NCBI GenBank assembly: GCA_965223325.1
Contig: CBDCWI010000001.1
Coordinates: 64,001 to 128,000, forward strand
DNA: 64,000 nucleotides
Source of the DNA: Candidatus Multivoradales bacterium
GTDB lineage: Bacteria > Acidobacteriota > Thermoanaerobaculia > Multivoradales > Multivoraceae
Direction of reading: 5' to 3'
Shown here: in pieces, positions 29,045 to 38,415 of the stretch
Numbering within the stretch: position 1 is the stretch's first letter
How the letters are laid out: every line of letters starts with the position of its first letter
Made by a program: the position numbers and the translations under genes
Notes under the pieces: model-generated
The model's input: only the letters and a program-made list of their open reading frames with translations
Told to the model about the DNA's origin: nothing
The model's database searches: none

Positions 29045-29950
29045 TTGCACGACTCTCTCGATCCCAGCCTCGCCGGACGTCGCGTCCTCATCACTGGTGC
29101 CAGCGGCGGGATCGGCAGCACCACCGCGCGCCTCCTCTCACAGAGCGGCTGCCGACTTCTCCTCCACTTCAGGAGCGGCGCCGATCACGCTCGAGCCCTG
29201 CTAGCCGAGCTCGCGACCAACCGGATCGCCGGAGAAGGGCACCCACTCGAGCACCCGGGGCCGCAAGAGTTCGCCACCGGTGCCGATCTGCGCTCCGAAA
29301 CCGAAGTCGAAGCCCTCTTCGCAGCCGCTAGCTCCCAACTCGGCGGCCTCGACTCTCTGGTTGCCAACGCCGGGGTCTGGCCGCAGGCTGACGTGCCCGT
29401 CAGCACGATGACCCTCGAGCGCTGGCAGGAAACTCTGGCCACCAACCTCACCGCCGTCTTTCTCTCCTGTCGCGGCTTTCTGCGCTCGATCTCGTCGGCT
29501 ACGAGGGAACCTGTGGACCCGACGGCCCCATCGCGTGTCCCGTCGATCGTCGTCATCGGCTCGACGGCAGGGCTGTTCGGCGAAGAGAACCACGCGGACT
29601 ACGCTGCCGCCAAATCCGCCCTGCACGGCCTGGTGCGCTCGCTCAAGAACGAGATCGTGCGAGTACACCCTGAGGCGCGCGTCAACCTCGTCGCTCCGGG
29701 CTGGGTGGCGACACCGATGGCGCGTCCCGCACTCGAAGACCGCCGCAACGTCGCCCGCGCCACTTCGACCATCGCCACCGGACGCGTCGCCCGACCCGAA
29801 GACGTCGCCCACGCGGTGCGCTTTCTCCTGTCACCCCTCACGGCACGGCACGTCACCGGCACGATCCTGCCAGTCCACGGTGGCATGGAGGGTCGGCTTC
29901 TCCATCCTGCGAAGCTCGACTTCGAACCCGAGCGAGGAGAACCAGCGTGA
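29045..29950 (+). CDS. Short-chain dehydrogenase/reductase
   Basis: TGASGGIG, VANAG, YAAAK and VNLVAPG. Start approximate (TTG 29045). Confidence 0.9.
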   Translation: MHDSLDPSLAGRRVLITGASGGIGSTTARLLSQSGCRLLLHFRSGADHARALLAELATNRIAGEGHPLEHPGPQEFATGADLRSETEVEALFAAASSQLGGLDSLVANAGVWPQADVPVSTMTLERWQETLATNLTAVFLSCRGFLRSISSATREPVDPTAPSRVPSIVVIGSTAGLFGEENHADYAAAKSALHGLVRSLKNEIVRVHPEARVNLVAPGWVATPMARPALEDRRNVARATSTIATGRVARPEDVAHAVRFLLSPLTARHVTGTILPVHGGMEGRLLHPAKLDFEPERGEPA

Positions 29951-31866
29951 GTCGCTACCGAGAAGTCCATCGAGCCTGGCAAGACGATCCCCAAGCCTTT
30001 TGGTCAAAGGCCGCTCAGGCGATCGACTGGTTCGAACCCTTCGACTCCGTCCTCGACGACAGTCGAGCGCCCTTCTACCGGTGGTTTCCTGGAGGTTCGG
30101 TCAACACCTGTTGGAACGCTGTCGACCGTCACGTCGCGGCCGGCCACGGCGGTCGTCTTGCGGTGGTCTGGGACAGCGCCATGGAGAACCGCCACCAGAC
30201 CTTCACCTACAAAGAGCTACAGCACGAGGTGTCGGTCCTCGCCGGTGCCCTCGCACGACTCGAGGTAAGCGCCGGCGACCGTGTGTTGATCTATATGCCC
30301 ATGATCCCGCAGGCGCTGTTTGCCATGTTGGCGTGCGCCCGCCTGGGCGCCATCCACTCCGTCGTGTTCGGGGGGTTCGCACCCCAGGAACTGGCCAAGC
30401 GAATCAATGACGCCCGACCCAGGGTCGTGTTGTCGGCCTCTTGCGGCCTCGAGCCGCATCGCGTCGTGGAGTACAAACCACTGCTCGACGAAGGCATTCG
30501 GCTGGCCACACCGGAGGCTCGCCCCGAGCATGTCGTCGTGCTCGAGCGGGCGGCCTGTGAGGCACCGCTAGATACCAGTGGTCGCGATCTCGATTGGGGG
30601 GAGTTCATCGATGGCGCCAAAGGGGCTCCGTGCGTGCGCGTCGCATCGAGCGATCCGCTCTACATCCTCTACACCTCGGGTACGACAGGCATTCCCAAAG
30701 GCGTCGTACGCGACAACGGCGGCCATATGGTCGCTTTGGCCTGGAGCATGGAGAACGTCTATGGCGTGCGCCCCGGCGAGGTGTACTGGGCAGCCTCGGA
30801 CATCGGATGGGTGGTAGGGCACTCCTACATCGTCTATGCGCCGCTCCTCCATGGCTGCACCACGATCCTCTTCGAGGGCAAACCCGTCGGCACCCCCGAC
30901 GCAGGCACCTTCTGGCGAGTTCTCGAGCAGTGGAAGGTCAGTACGATGTTCACCGCACCCACCGCGTTTCGCGCCATCAAGCGCGACGACCCGAGCGCTC
31001 GCCTGCTCAGAGGGCGCGATCTGTCGGCGTTCCGAGCGCTCTTCCTGGCCGGCGAGCGGGCCGATCCCGACACCCTGCGCTGGGCTGAGAAGCACCTCGA
31101 AGTCCCGGTCATCGACCACTGGTGGCAGACCGAGACCGGCTGGCCCATCGTCGCCAACTGCCTGGGGCTGGGAGCTCTGCCGGTCAAACATGGTTCGCCG
31201 ACGGTTGCGGTACCCGGCTACAGCGTGCGGGTCGAGGACGAAGAGGGACGGGACGTGCCCGCCGACGCCATCGGCTCGATCGTCATCGACCTTCCGCTAC
31301 CCCCCGGCTGCCTGACCACTTTGTGGAACAACGATCGCGGCTATCTCGACAGCTACCTCGACGACCAGCACCGGGTCTATCGAACCGGCGACGCGGGAAC
31401 CATCGATGAGGACGGCTACCTGTACATCCTGAGCCGCACCGACGACCTGATCAACGTAGCGGGCCACCGCCTTTCGACCGGCGGCATGGAAGAGGTCCTT
31501 GCCGACCATCCAGACGTTGCCGAGTGCGCCGTGCTCGGCGTTTCGGATCCCTTGAAGGGCCAGGTTCCCCTCGGCCTGGTGGTCCTCAACGCGGAAACCG
31601 ATCGAGATCAGGGAGTGGTCGTGCGCGAACTGATCGCGGCAGTTCGTGAGCGCATCGGACCGGTGGCCGCCTTCAAGTTGGCGGCGGTTGTGGAGCGGCT
31701 CCCCAAAACGCGTTCGGGCAAGGTGCTGCGCGGCACGATGCGCATGATTGCCGACGGCGAGGACTGGACGTTGCCTGCAACGATCGACGAGCCAGCAATC
31801 CTGGGTGAGATCGAACAGGCCCTCGCCGAACTCGGTTTCCCTCGTTCTCCGGGTGGTCCCAGGTGA
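29947..31866 (+). CDS. prpE: Propionyl-CoA synthetase (acetate/propionate--CoA ligase family)
   Basis: YTSGTTGIPKGVVRDNGGH, DHWWQTETGW, INVAGHRLSTG and PKTRSGK. Confidence 0.9.
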   Translation: MSRYREVHRAWQDDPQAFWSKAAQAIDWFEPFDSVLDDSRAPFYRWFPGGSVNTCWNAVDRHVAAGHGGRLAVVWDSAMENRHQTFTYKELQHEVSVLAGALARLEVSAGDRVLIYMPMIPQALFAMLACARLGAIHSVVFGGFAPQELAKRINDARPRVVLSASCGLEPHRVVEYKPLLDEGIRLATPEARPEHVVVLERAACEAPLDTSGRDLDWGEFIDGAKGAPCVRVASSDPLYILYTSGTTGIPKGVVRDNGGHMVALAWSMENVYGVRPGEVYWAASDIGWVVGHSYIVYAPLLHGCTTILFEGKPVGTPDAGTFWRVLEQWKVSTMFTAPTAFRAIKRDDPSARLLRGRDLSAFRALFLAGERADPDTLRWAEKHLEVPVIDHWWQTETGWPIVANCLGLGALPVKHGSPTVAVPGYSVRVEDEEGRDVPADAIGSIVIDLPLPPGCLTTLWNNDRGYLDSYLDDQHRVYRTGDAGTIDEDGYLYILSRTDDLINVAGHRLSTGGMEEVLADHPDVAECAVLGVSDPLKGQVPLGLVVLNAETDRDQGVVVRELIAAVRERIGPVAAFKLAAVVERLPKTRSGKVLRGTMRMIADGEDWTLPATIDEPAILGEIEQALAELGFPRSPGGPR

Positions 31867-32297
31867 GGGGTCGGCGGGGCTGGCAGCCGGTTGCGGGCGT
31901 CGTTGTGGCGCTCCTTCTCCTCACGGCCTGTCAGAAGTCGCCTCATCGCGGCAGCTGGTCGGGCACCTTCACGGGCGACGTGACGGGCGTCGTTGACTTC
32001 GAGATCAACGGCGCCGGCACCGAGATCGAGGGCAGTATGGACGGTGAAACCCGGGAGGGCCAACCCTTTGTCGCCGAGATCGAAGGAATCCTGAGAACCG
32101 GCTACATCGACGCGACCTTCCAGGGCAGGGCGACCAGCAACGGACTACCGGTCCCCTTCGAGGGGCGCATGACCGGCGATCTCGAGGGGTCCGAGCCGGG
32201 TGATGGAAGAGGCGGCGGCGAGTGGGAGGCAACCCTTTCCTTTCCCGAAGTCAGACTGCGCGGCACCTTCGACGTCGAACAAGTCGCCGACGAGTAG
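31863..32297 (+). CDS. Small beta-rich lipoprotein
   Basis: Lipobox LLTAC, Gly-rich beta strands, GTGA overlap with prpE. Confidence 0.75.
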   Translation: MRGRRGWQPVAGVVVALLLLTACQKSPHRGSWSGTFTGDVTGVVDFEINGAGTEIEGSMDGETREGQPFVAEIEGILRTGYIDATFQGRATSNGLPVPFEGRMTGDLEGSEPGDGRGGGEWEATLSFPEVRLRGTFDVEQVADE

Positions 32298-32328
32298 GTC
32301 TCCTCGAGCTCGAACAGTCTCGAGAGGA

Positions 32329-32826
32329 CTAGAGCTTCGCCGACGGCACACGCAGGTCGTGGCGAACGATCCCCAACACCACATTCACCGGGTGATCGCG
32401 GCGTAGGAACGGAACCACCGGGCGCCGCCGCTGCGGCATTTCGCGTCGTACCGCCTTGAGTTGGCGATTGCGCGGGTCGAGAGTCAGACCGCGTGAAAGG
32501 CTCTGGTAGGCCTTCCCCACCTCCCCGCGGCAGAGGTCCACGCGGGCCAGGTTGGCGTAGTTCTCGGGATCGAAGAAGTCGCGCGTCAGAGCAACCTGGC
32601 ACAGACGCAGCCCTTCGTCGTAGCGCCCCTCAACCTCAGCGCGGGCAGCCCCGATGTAGGAGTAGTAGTGCGACGGCACGCCGGTTGGCTGGACGACTTC
32701 GTACAGTGGTGCCGCGGCCACCAGGACCTCGAGACCCTGTTGCCATTGCCCTAGACGGCAAAGTCGGATGCCCTCCTCGACCAGGAACGGGTCGACGGGG
32801 CTTGCCGTGTCGGTCGATCCAATCAT
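32329..32826 (-). CDS. TPR-containing protein
   Basis: TPR-like helices (FFDPENYANLARV...GLTLDPRN) and a C-terminal RRRPVVPFLRRDHPVN. Confidence 0.75.
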   Translation of the reverse strand: MIGSTDTASPVDPFLVEEGIRLCRLGQWQQGLEVLVAAAPLYEVVQPTGVPSHYYSYIGAARAEVEGRYDEGLRLCQVALTRDFFDPENYANLARVDLCRGEVGKAYQSLSRGLTLDPRNRQLKAVRREMPQRRRPVVPFLRRDHPVNVVLGIVRHDLRVPSAKL

Positions 32827-32898
32827 GTCGTAGATTCCAGAGTGAGTTTGGTGGACCACCGGCGGCCCGCGGCAAGATCAGCGTCGGCCCGAGCCGGC

Positions 32899-32937
32899 AA
32901 CTAACTATTATATCGAAATAATTAACTATTTCTACTC
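32899..32937. promoter_or_regulatory. AT-rich divergent promoter region with a TAACTATT direct repeat (21-bp period)
   Basis: TAACTATT at 32902 and 32923, between the divergent TPR and kinase genes. Confidence 0.55.
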
Positions 32938-32979
32938 CTTGAGCCGTCCGGCTCCCGATGCAGGAGGCACAGGCCTGAA

Positions 32980-34827
32980 ATGAAAGACCTCACCAGCACT
33001 ACGGTCGAGCGCTATCAGATCGTCGAACAACTCGGCGGTGGCGGAATGGCCAACGTCTACAAGGCTTTCCATCCGGACCTCGAGGTCCACCATGCCCTCA
33101 AGGTGATCCGCCCCGAGCTCGTCGAAGTCACCGGCTTCAAGGAGCGGTTCCAGCGCGAGGCGCGGGCGATCGCCGGCCTGCGGCACCCGAACATTGTCGG
33201 AATCCACCACTCCGGCCAGCACAACGACCTCTTCTTCATGGCGATGGAGTTTGTCGAGGGCGAAGACCTCAAGGCGTTGATCGAGCGTGAAGGGCCGGTG
33301 CGGCCCTTCACGCGGGCGGTCGATCTCATCGACCAGATCGGCGACGCCCTCGACTACGCCCATCAGAAGGGGGTCGTGCACCGTGACATCAAGCCCGCCA
33401 ACATCCTCCTGACCCACGACGGGCAGCCCATCGTCACCGACTTCGGCATCGCGCGCATGGTGGAAAGCGACGAGAAACTCACCCAGACCGGCGTCGGCAT
33501 TGGCACCCCTGCGTACATGGCACCCGAGCAGGCGATGGGCGAGGTCACACCGGGACCGTCCGTCGACCTCTACTCCCTGGGCGTCCTCCTCTACGTCATG
33601 TTGACTGGTGAAGCACCGTTCAAAGCGGATACGCCCCTGGCGGTCCTTTACCGCGTCATCAACGATCCGATCCCGGCACCCCAGTCGTTCTCGCCAGACA
33701 TTCCACAGGCTCTGCAAGACGTCGTCATGAAGGCAATGTCGAAGGACCCCGCTCTGCGCTACCCCACCGGCAAGGCGTTCGCCGAGGCCGCCCGCCGCAG
33801 CCTCGGCGCCGACTCCACGGCGACAGCCGAAACCACGGTCGCCGCGCCTGCGACCGTCCAGGTCGCCGGTGGCCGAGCGGCGAGCACAACGACTGCCGCG
33901 GCGGCGCCCCTGCCGCCGGTACCCCCGCCATCGACGGCTCCTGGAACCAACCCGCCGTTTCCCGACCGCGGTGCCACGAGTCCATCGGCCGAGGCCAGGG
34001 GTTCGAAAGCACCATGGATCGTGCTCGGCCTGATGGCGCTCCTCGTCCTCGGCGGCCTGGCGACCGCAGTCGGCCTGGCCGCATGGTGGCTGCGCAGCAA
34101 CGATCGGGCGCCCTCGGCAGCGGAAACCGAGTCGATCGCCGCCACCGAGACCCCAGGCCGGCCCGCCTCGGAACCTCCCGCTCGTTCGGCAGACGTCTCG
34201 ACCGATACGGCGGAGCTGTCTGCCGGAGTATCTGCCGAAGTACCTGGCACCGGGTCAGACCCCCGGGCGGGCGGGCCTTCTACCGCCTCCGCAGATCCCC
34301 GCGGAGTGCCCTCGGGAGAATCTTCCGCAGTCCCTGGCACCCCGGCGACTGGAGAATCTTCCGCAGTCCCTGGCACCCCGGCGACTGGCAACGAGGCGAC
34401 CGGAACAGCGGCGCGGCCACTGGCTGCACCCGCCGAGGCCATGGCCGGAGCGCAGCCTCCTCCCGCAGCGACCGGTTCCGCAGTACCTGGCACCGTGGTT
34501 GAGGGTGCGCCGGGGGAGTTGAACGAGCGGCTGATCGACGGTGGCTCGCTGGGATGGGGTCAATCGGTGTCGGACCGACTCGAACCCGACGAGGAGATCG
34601 CCTATGACCTGGACGTCCGCCGTCGAACGGTCGGCTATTTCGATATAGAAACAGCCAATCGACGCGCGCGCTACACACTGTACTCCCCGAGTGGCGAGCA
34701 GGTCTTCGACCAGTTGGGGGCTGATTTCGGACCGATGACGCTCGAGCCCGGCGTCTACCGTCTCGTCGTCTCGCCACAGGACAACCTGCCGCTGACCTTC
34801 CAGTTCCAGTTCCGCCCGATTGGTTGA
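32980..34827 (+). CDS. Membrane Hanks-type Ser/Thr kinase with a low-complexity linker and a C-terminal beta domain
   Basis: GGGGMANVY, HRDIKPAN, DFG, GTPAYMAPE and one TM. RBS AGGAGG upstream. Confidence 0.93.
   Translation: MKDLTSTTVERYQIVEQLGGGGMANVYKAFHPDLEVHHALKVIRPELVEVTGFKERFQREARAIAGLRHPNIVGIHHSGQHNDLFFMAMEFVEGEDLKALIEREGPVRPFTRAVDLIDQIGDALDYAHQKGVVHRDIKPANILLTHDGQPIVTDFGIARMVESDEKLTQTGVGIGTPAYMAPEQAMGEVTPGPSVDLYSLGVLLYVMLTGEAPFKADTPLAVLYRVINDPIPAPQSFSPDIPQALQDVVMKAMSKDPALRYPTGKAFAEAARRSLGADSTATAETTVAAPATVQVAGGRAASTTTAAAAPLPPVPPPSTAPGTNPPFPDRGATSPSAEARGSKAPWIVLGLMALLVLGGLATAVGLAAWWLRSNDRAPSAAETESIAATETPGRPASEPPARSADVSTDTAELSAGVSAEVPGTGSDPRAGGPSTASADPRGVPSGESSAVPGTPATGESSAVPGTPATGNEATGTAARPLAAPAEAMAGAQPPPAATGSAVPGTVVEGAPGELNERLIDGGSLGWGQSVSDRLEPDEEIAYDLDVRRRTVGYFDIETANRRARYTLYSPSGEQVFDQLGADFGPMTLEPGVYRLVVSPQDNLPLTFQFQFRPIG
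34235..34494 (+). repeat. Four in-frame REP-like copies inside the kinase, including a 36-bp tandem duplication
   Basis: Copies at 34235, 34323, 34359 and 34476. Segment 34315-34350 equals 34351-34386 (GESSAVPGTPAT twice). Confidence 0.9.
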
Positions 34828-34853
34828 TCACTCGCAGGGGCCGGGAAACCCTC

Positions 34854-36254
34854 TCACTCTTCGCGCTCGATTCCGTACTGGTCGAGCTTCTTGTAGAGGT
34901 TGCTGCGCGGAGTCTCGATGTTCTGCGCGGTCTGGGTGATGTTCCAACCGTTCTGTTCGAGCTTGTGTAGAAGAAAGAGTCTCTCCGACGACTCCCGAAA
35001 CCCCTTTAGGGTAGGAATCGCCAGCAGCGCTTCGGGCAGGGCACTCGAGCCGTCGTTGGCCAGGCTGAGCAGGAGTTCACGGTCGATGGTCTCCTCAGGA
35101 GCCAGAATGAGCAGTCGCTCGACCAGGTTCTTGAGCTCGCGAACATTGCCCCGCCAGGGCATCTGCTGAAGGTGCTCCATCGCGCCGCGGGTGAAGCGGC
35201 GCGCCGGGTAGTTCGCGTCGCGCGTGAAGCGTTGGACGAAGTAGTCGACCAGGAGCGGAATGTCTTCGAGGCGCTCCCGGAGGGGCGGAGTCGCAACCGG
35301 GATCACGTTCAGGCGATAGAACAGATCTTCGCGAAACCTTCCCTCCTCGATCTCCTGGGCCAGGTCGCGATGGGTAGCAGCAACCACCCGCACATCGACC
35401 CGGGTCGGCAGCTGGGCGCCGACCGGCTCGACCTGCCCGTCCTGTAGGACCCGCAGAACCTTGGCCTGCGTACGCGCCGACATGTCCCCGATCTCATCGA
35501 GGAAGATGGTCCCGCCGTCTGCCGCCACGAACTTGCCAATCTGGCGACGCACCGCTCCCGTGAAGCTACCCTTCTCGTGACCGAAGAGCTCGGACTCGAT
35601 CAGTTCGTCGGGAATCGCCGCACAGTTGACCTGCACCAGTGCGCGCTCGTGACGTGGGCTGTTGGCGTGAATGGCGCGCGCCACCAGCTCTTTGCCGGTT
35701 CCGCTTTCGCCAGTGATCAAAACGGTGGCCGGGGTCGGTGCGGCCTTCTCGACCGTCTCGCGCAGGCGCTTCATGACTGGGGTCTCGCCGACCAACTGCC
35801 AGGCATCCTCGCCGCGGAGAATCCTGTTCTCCGACTCGAGACGAAAACCGCGTGCCGCGTTGCGCAGCGCCAGGAGCACCCGGTCGCTCTGCAGCGGCTT
35901 CTCGAGAAAGTCGAACGCTCCCAGTCGCGTTGCTTCGAGGGCAGTGGGGATGTCGGCGTGGCCACTGATGACGATCACTGGCACCTCGTGCCCTCGGTCG
36001 CGCAACGCCTGCAGGGTCGCAATGCCGTCCATCTCGGGCATCTTGACGTCGAGCAAGACCACCTCGGGTGAGCGTTCGGCAACGCGGACCAGGGCCTCAG
36101 GGCCGCTCGCGGCTTCCTCGACCGTATGCCCTTCGTACTCCAGCACCATGCGCAGGCTGTCGCGGATCGACTTTTCGTCGTCGACCACCAAGACCCGAAC
36201 CGGCGGCGACGACTCCGCGGCAATCGGCTGCTCTATAGTCGGAGAATCGGACAT
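34854..36254 (-). CDS. Sigma-54-dependent response regulator (NtrC/NtrX family)
   Basis: Receiver, GESGTGKE, ELFGHEKGSFTGA, FLDEIGDM, GNVREL and a Fis HTH. Confidence 0.95.
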   Translation of the reverse strand: MSDSPTIEQPIAAESSPPVRVLVVDDEKSIRDSLRMVLEYEGHTVEEAASGPEALVRVAERSPEVVLLDVKMPEMDGIATLQALRDRGHEVPVIVISGHADIPTALEATRLGAFDFLEKPLQSDRVLLALRNAARGFRLESENRILRGEDAWQLVGETPVMKRLRETVEKAAPTPATVLITGESGTGKELVARAIHANSPRHERALVQVNCAAIPDELIESELFGHEKGSFTGAVRRQIGKFVAADGGTIFLDEIGDMSARTQAKVLRVLQDGQVEPVGAQLPTRVDVRVVAATHRDLAQEIEEGRFREDLFYRLNVIPVATPPLRERLEDIPLLVDYFVQRFTRDANYPARRFTRGAMEHLQQMPWRGNVRELKNLVERLLILAPEETIDRELLLSLANDGSSALPEALLAIPTLKGFRESSERLFLLHKLEQNGWNITQTAQNIETPRSNLYKKLDQYGIEREE

Positions 36255-36311
36255 CGCGGCGAGTGTACAGAAGGAGGCTCCTCTGTTCGCCTCCTTCAGG
36301 CTGCTTTGACC

Positions 36312-37943
36312 CTAAGGCGCTTTTACGACCGAGAAGAAGTGGCGCGCCTGGCCTCCCTGACCGTAGTTCGATACGTAAAGACGCACAAAGCCACCCGACT
36401 CGACCTCGGCAACCGCTGCCTCGAAGTCGTCGGCATCGTCGATCGGCGTGCCGTTGACTTCCGAGATCACCATGCCCGGTTGCACTCGCTCTTCCCACAG
36501 CGGGCTACGGGCGGTCACATCGGTCACCACCACTCCCCGCGCGTCGCGCGGCAGACGGAACATCTGGCGGGTGTCGCCGCCGACGGTCTCATAGTCGACG
36601 CCAAGCCACTCCAACGAGCTGTCTTCCTCTTCCTCGTCCTCGGGAAGCTGGGCGATCTGGTTGGGATCTGGACGCTCTTCCAACTTGACCTTGCGCTCGA
36701 TCTGCTCGCCGTTGCGGAAGAGATCGAGCGTCACCGTCGTCCCGACCGGCTTTCGGGACACGTACTGAATCAAGTCACGCGTTTCATCGACCTCTCGACC
36801 GTCCACGGCAACGATGATGTCTCCATGTTCGAGGCCGGCCTTGGCGGCCGGCGTGTCGGGCGACACGTTGGTCACGATGGCACCACTCGTGCCGCTGTCC
36901 AGGCCAAACGCCTCGGCGTCATCCTCATCGAGGTTCTCGATGAAGACACCCAGGTAGCCCCGCCGCACTCGACCGTCTTCCTTGAGCTGCGGAAGGATGT
37001 CCTTGAGGGTATCGACCGGAACGGCAAAGCCGATGTTTTCGGCTCCGAAGTTCATGGCCGTAGCGATGCCAATGACCTCACCGCGAACGTTCACCAAAGG
37101 CCCGCCGGAGTTCCCTCGGTTGATCGCCGCATCGGTTTGGATGAAGTTCTCGAAGGAGGCATCGGTGATGCCGATCGTGCGACCCTTGCCGCTGACGATG
37201 CCAACGGTGACCGACGAAATCTGCCGGAGCGGATTGCCCGCCGCCATCACCCACTCGCCAACCCGCAACTCTTCGCTGTTTCCGAGGCGCAGAAAGGGCA
37301 GCTCTCGGTCGAGATCGACTTTCAAGACGGCGAGGTCGGTCGACGGATCGACACCTCGTACCTCGGCTTCGTACTCTTCTTCCTGCAGCGTCACCACCAC
37401 TTCCGAGGCGCCGTCGATGACGTGATTGTTGGTCACGATCCACCCGTCGGCCGACACCACGAAGCCGCTGCCTGCACCGTCTGAACGGTCTTCACGCGGA
37501 TCTTCCCCCGGTTCACGCCCTGGGCGCCTGAACGGCAGATCGAACGGCAAACCGCGACGCGGGCTCTCGGTCTCGAACGTCGTCGCCTGCACCAGCACGA
37601 CGGAAGGCAGAATCGCGTCTGCAAGATCAGCGAACGTTGTAATCGAGGCCTGCGCGTCGAGGGCACCACGCGCGCCATCAACCGCCGGAACCATCTCGTT
37701 CGACCCCTCGGTTTGCGGGCTACCAAGAGCCAGGGGCGACAGGTTCAACCCCCCGGCCAGGACCATGCCAAACACCGTCGCACCGAAGGCGACGGCCAGA
37801 ACCAGGGGCATCACCGCGAGCGAACTCCTCGATGCCTCGAGGTTCTTCGCCGGCTCCGACGGCTCGTCGAACTGCGAAGGATCCTGTGAGGGACCGTGCA
37901 GTGGAGCGTTCAGGGGTTCGTGGTTCGAAGAGCGATGTTCCAT
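36312..37943 (-). CDS. HtrA/DegP-family serine protease with two PDZ domains
   Basis: GSGFVV, TNNHV, DLAVLK, QTDAAINRGNSGGPL, two PDZ domains and an N-terminal TM. Confidence 0.94.
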   Translation of the reverse strand: MEHRSSNHEPLNAPLHGPSQDPSQFDEPSEPAKNLEASRSSLAVMPLVLAVAFGATVFGMVLAGGLNLSPLALGSPQTEGSNEMVPAVDGARGALDAQASITTFADLADAILPSVVLVQATTFETESPRRGLPFDLPFRRPGREPGEDPREDRSDGAGSGFVVSADGWIVTNNHVIDGASEVVVTLQEEEYEAEVRGVDPSTDLAVLKVDLDRELPFLRLGNSEELRVGEWVMAAGNPLRQISSVTVGIVSGKGRTIGITDASFENFIQTDAAINRGNSGGPLVNVRGEVIGIATAMNFGAENIGFAVPVDTLKDILPQLKEDGRVRRGYLGVFIENLDEDDAEAFGLDSGTSGAIVTNVSPDTPAAKAGLEHGDIIVAVDGREVDETRDLIQYVSRKPVGTTVTLDLFRNGEQIERKVKLEERPDPNQIAQLPEDEEEEDSSLEWLGVDYETVGGDTRQMFRLPRDARGVVVTDVTARSPLWEERVQPGMVISEVNGTPIDDADDFEAAVAEVESGGFVRLYVSNYGQGGQARHFFSVVKAP

Positions 37944-38269
37944 GGCGATGGGTTCTCCGGCAGGGCTAGGAAGCCTCGGGCGCGCGAGTGGGCCCGATGG
38001 TGAGTTGTTTCAAGGGTCGGTAGACGAGAGATCTGTCTGAGGAGGGTCCAACTGGCGCACCAGGTCGAGCCGTCGCTCTTGGACACCTACCAGCCAACGT
38101 ACCGGCACCGCTGTTTGTTCCGGCAAGATGCTCGCTGAAGACAGGTGCTCCTCGAGGTCACGACCCCGCCGCTCGACGGCGACGGCGGGGTTCCTGCCCG
38201 AGGACCTCCTCGGTTCCCGATGGTATCCGAGGAATGTGCTCCTCGACCGGCAAGCTCGGGTCGTCCGGC

Positions 38270-38351
38270 CAGACATCTGCCGCAGTCCCTGGCACCCCGT
38301 CAAGCAGCACCAGACGTCTGCCGCAGTCCCTGGCACCCCGTCAAGCAGCAC
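38270..38351 (+). repeat. 41-bp tandem duplication, each unit carrying a REP-like copy
   Basis: CAGAC(A/G)TCTGCCGCAGTCCCTGGCACCCCGTCAAGCAGCAC twice. Confidence 0.9.
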
Positions 38352-38409
38352 TCCAGCGTGTTTCCGGCCATCGAAGGCCGACCCATTGCGGCCTCGGGCC
38401 GAGCACCCT

Positions 38410-38415
38410 TATACT
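38410..38415 (+). promoter_or_regulatory. Candidate -10 element for the rimP-nusA-infB operon
   Basis: TATACT in an AT-rich patch about 460 bp upstream of rimP. Confidence 0.4.
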
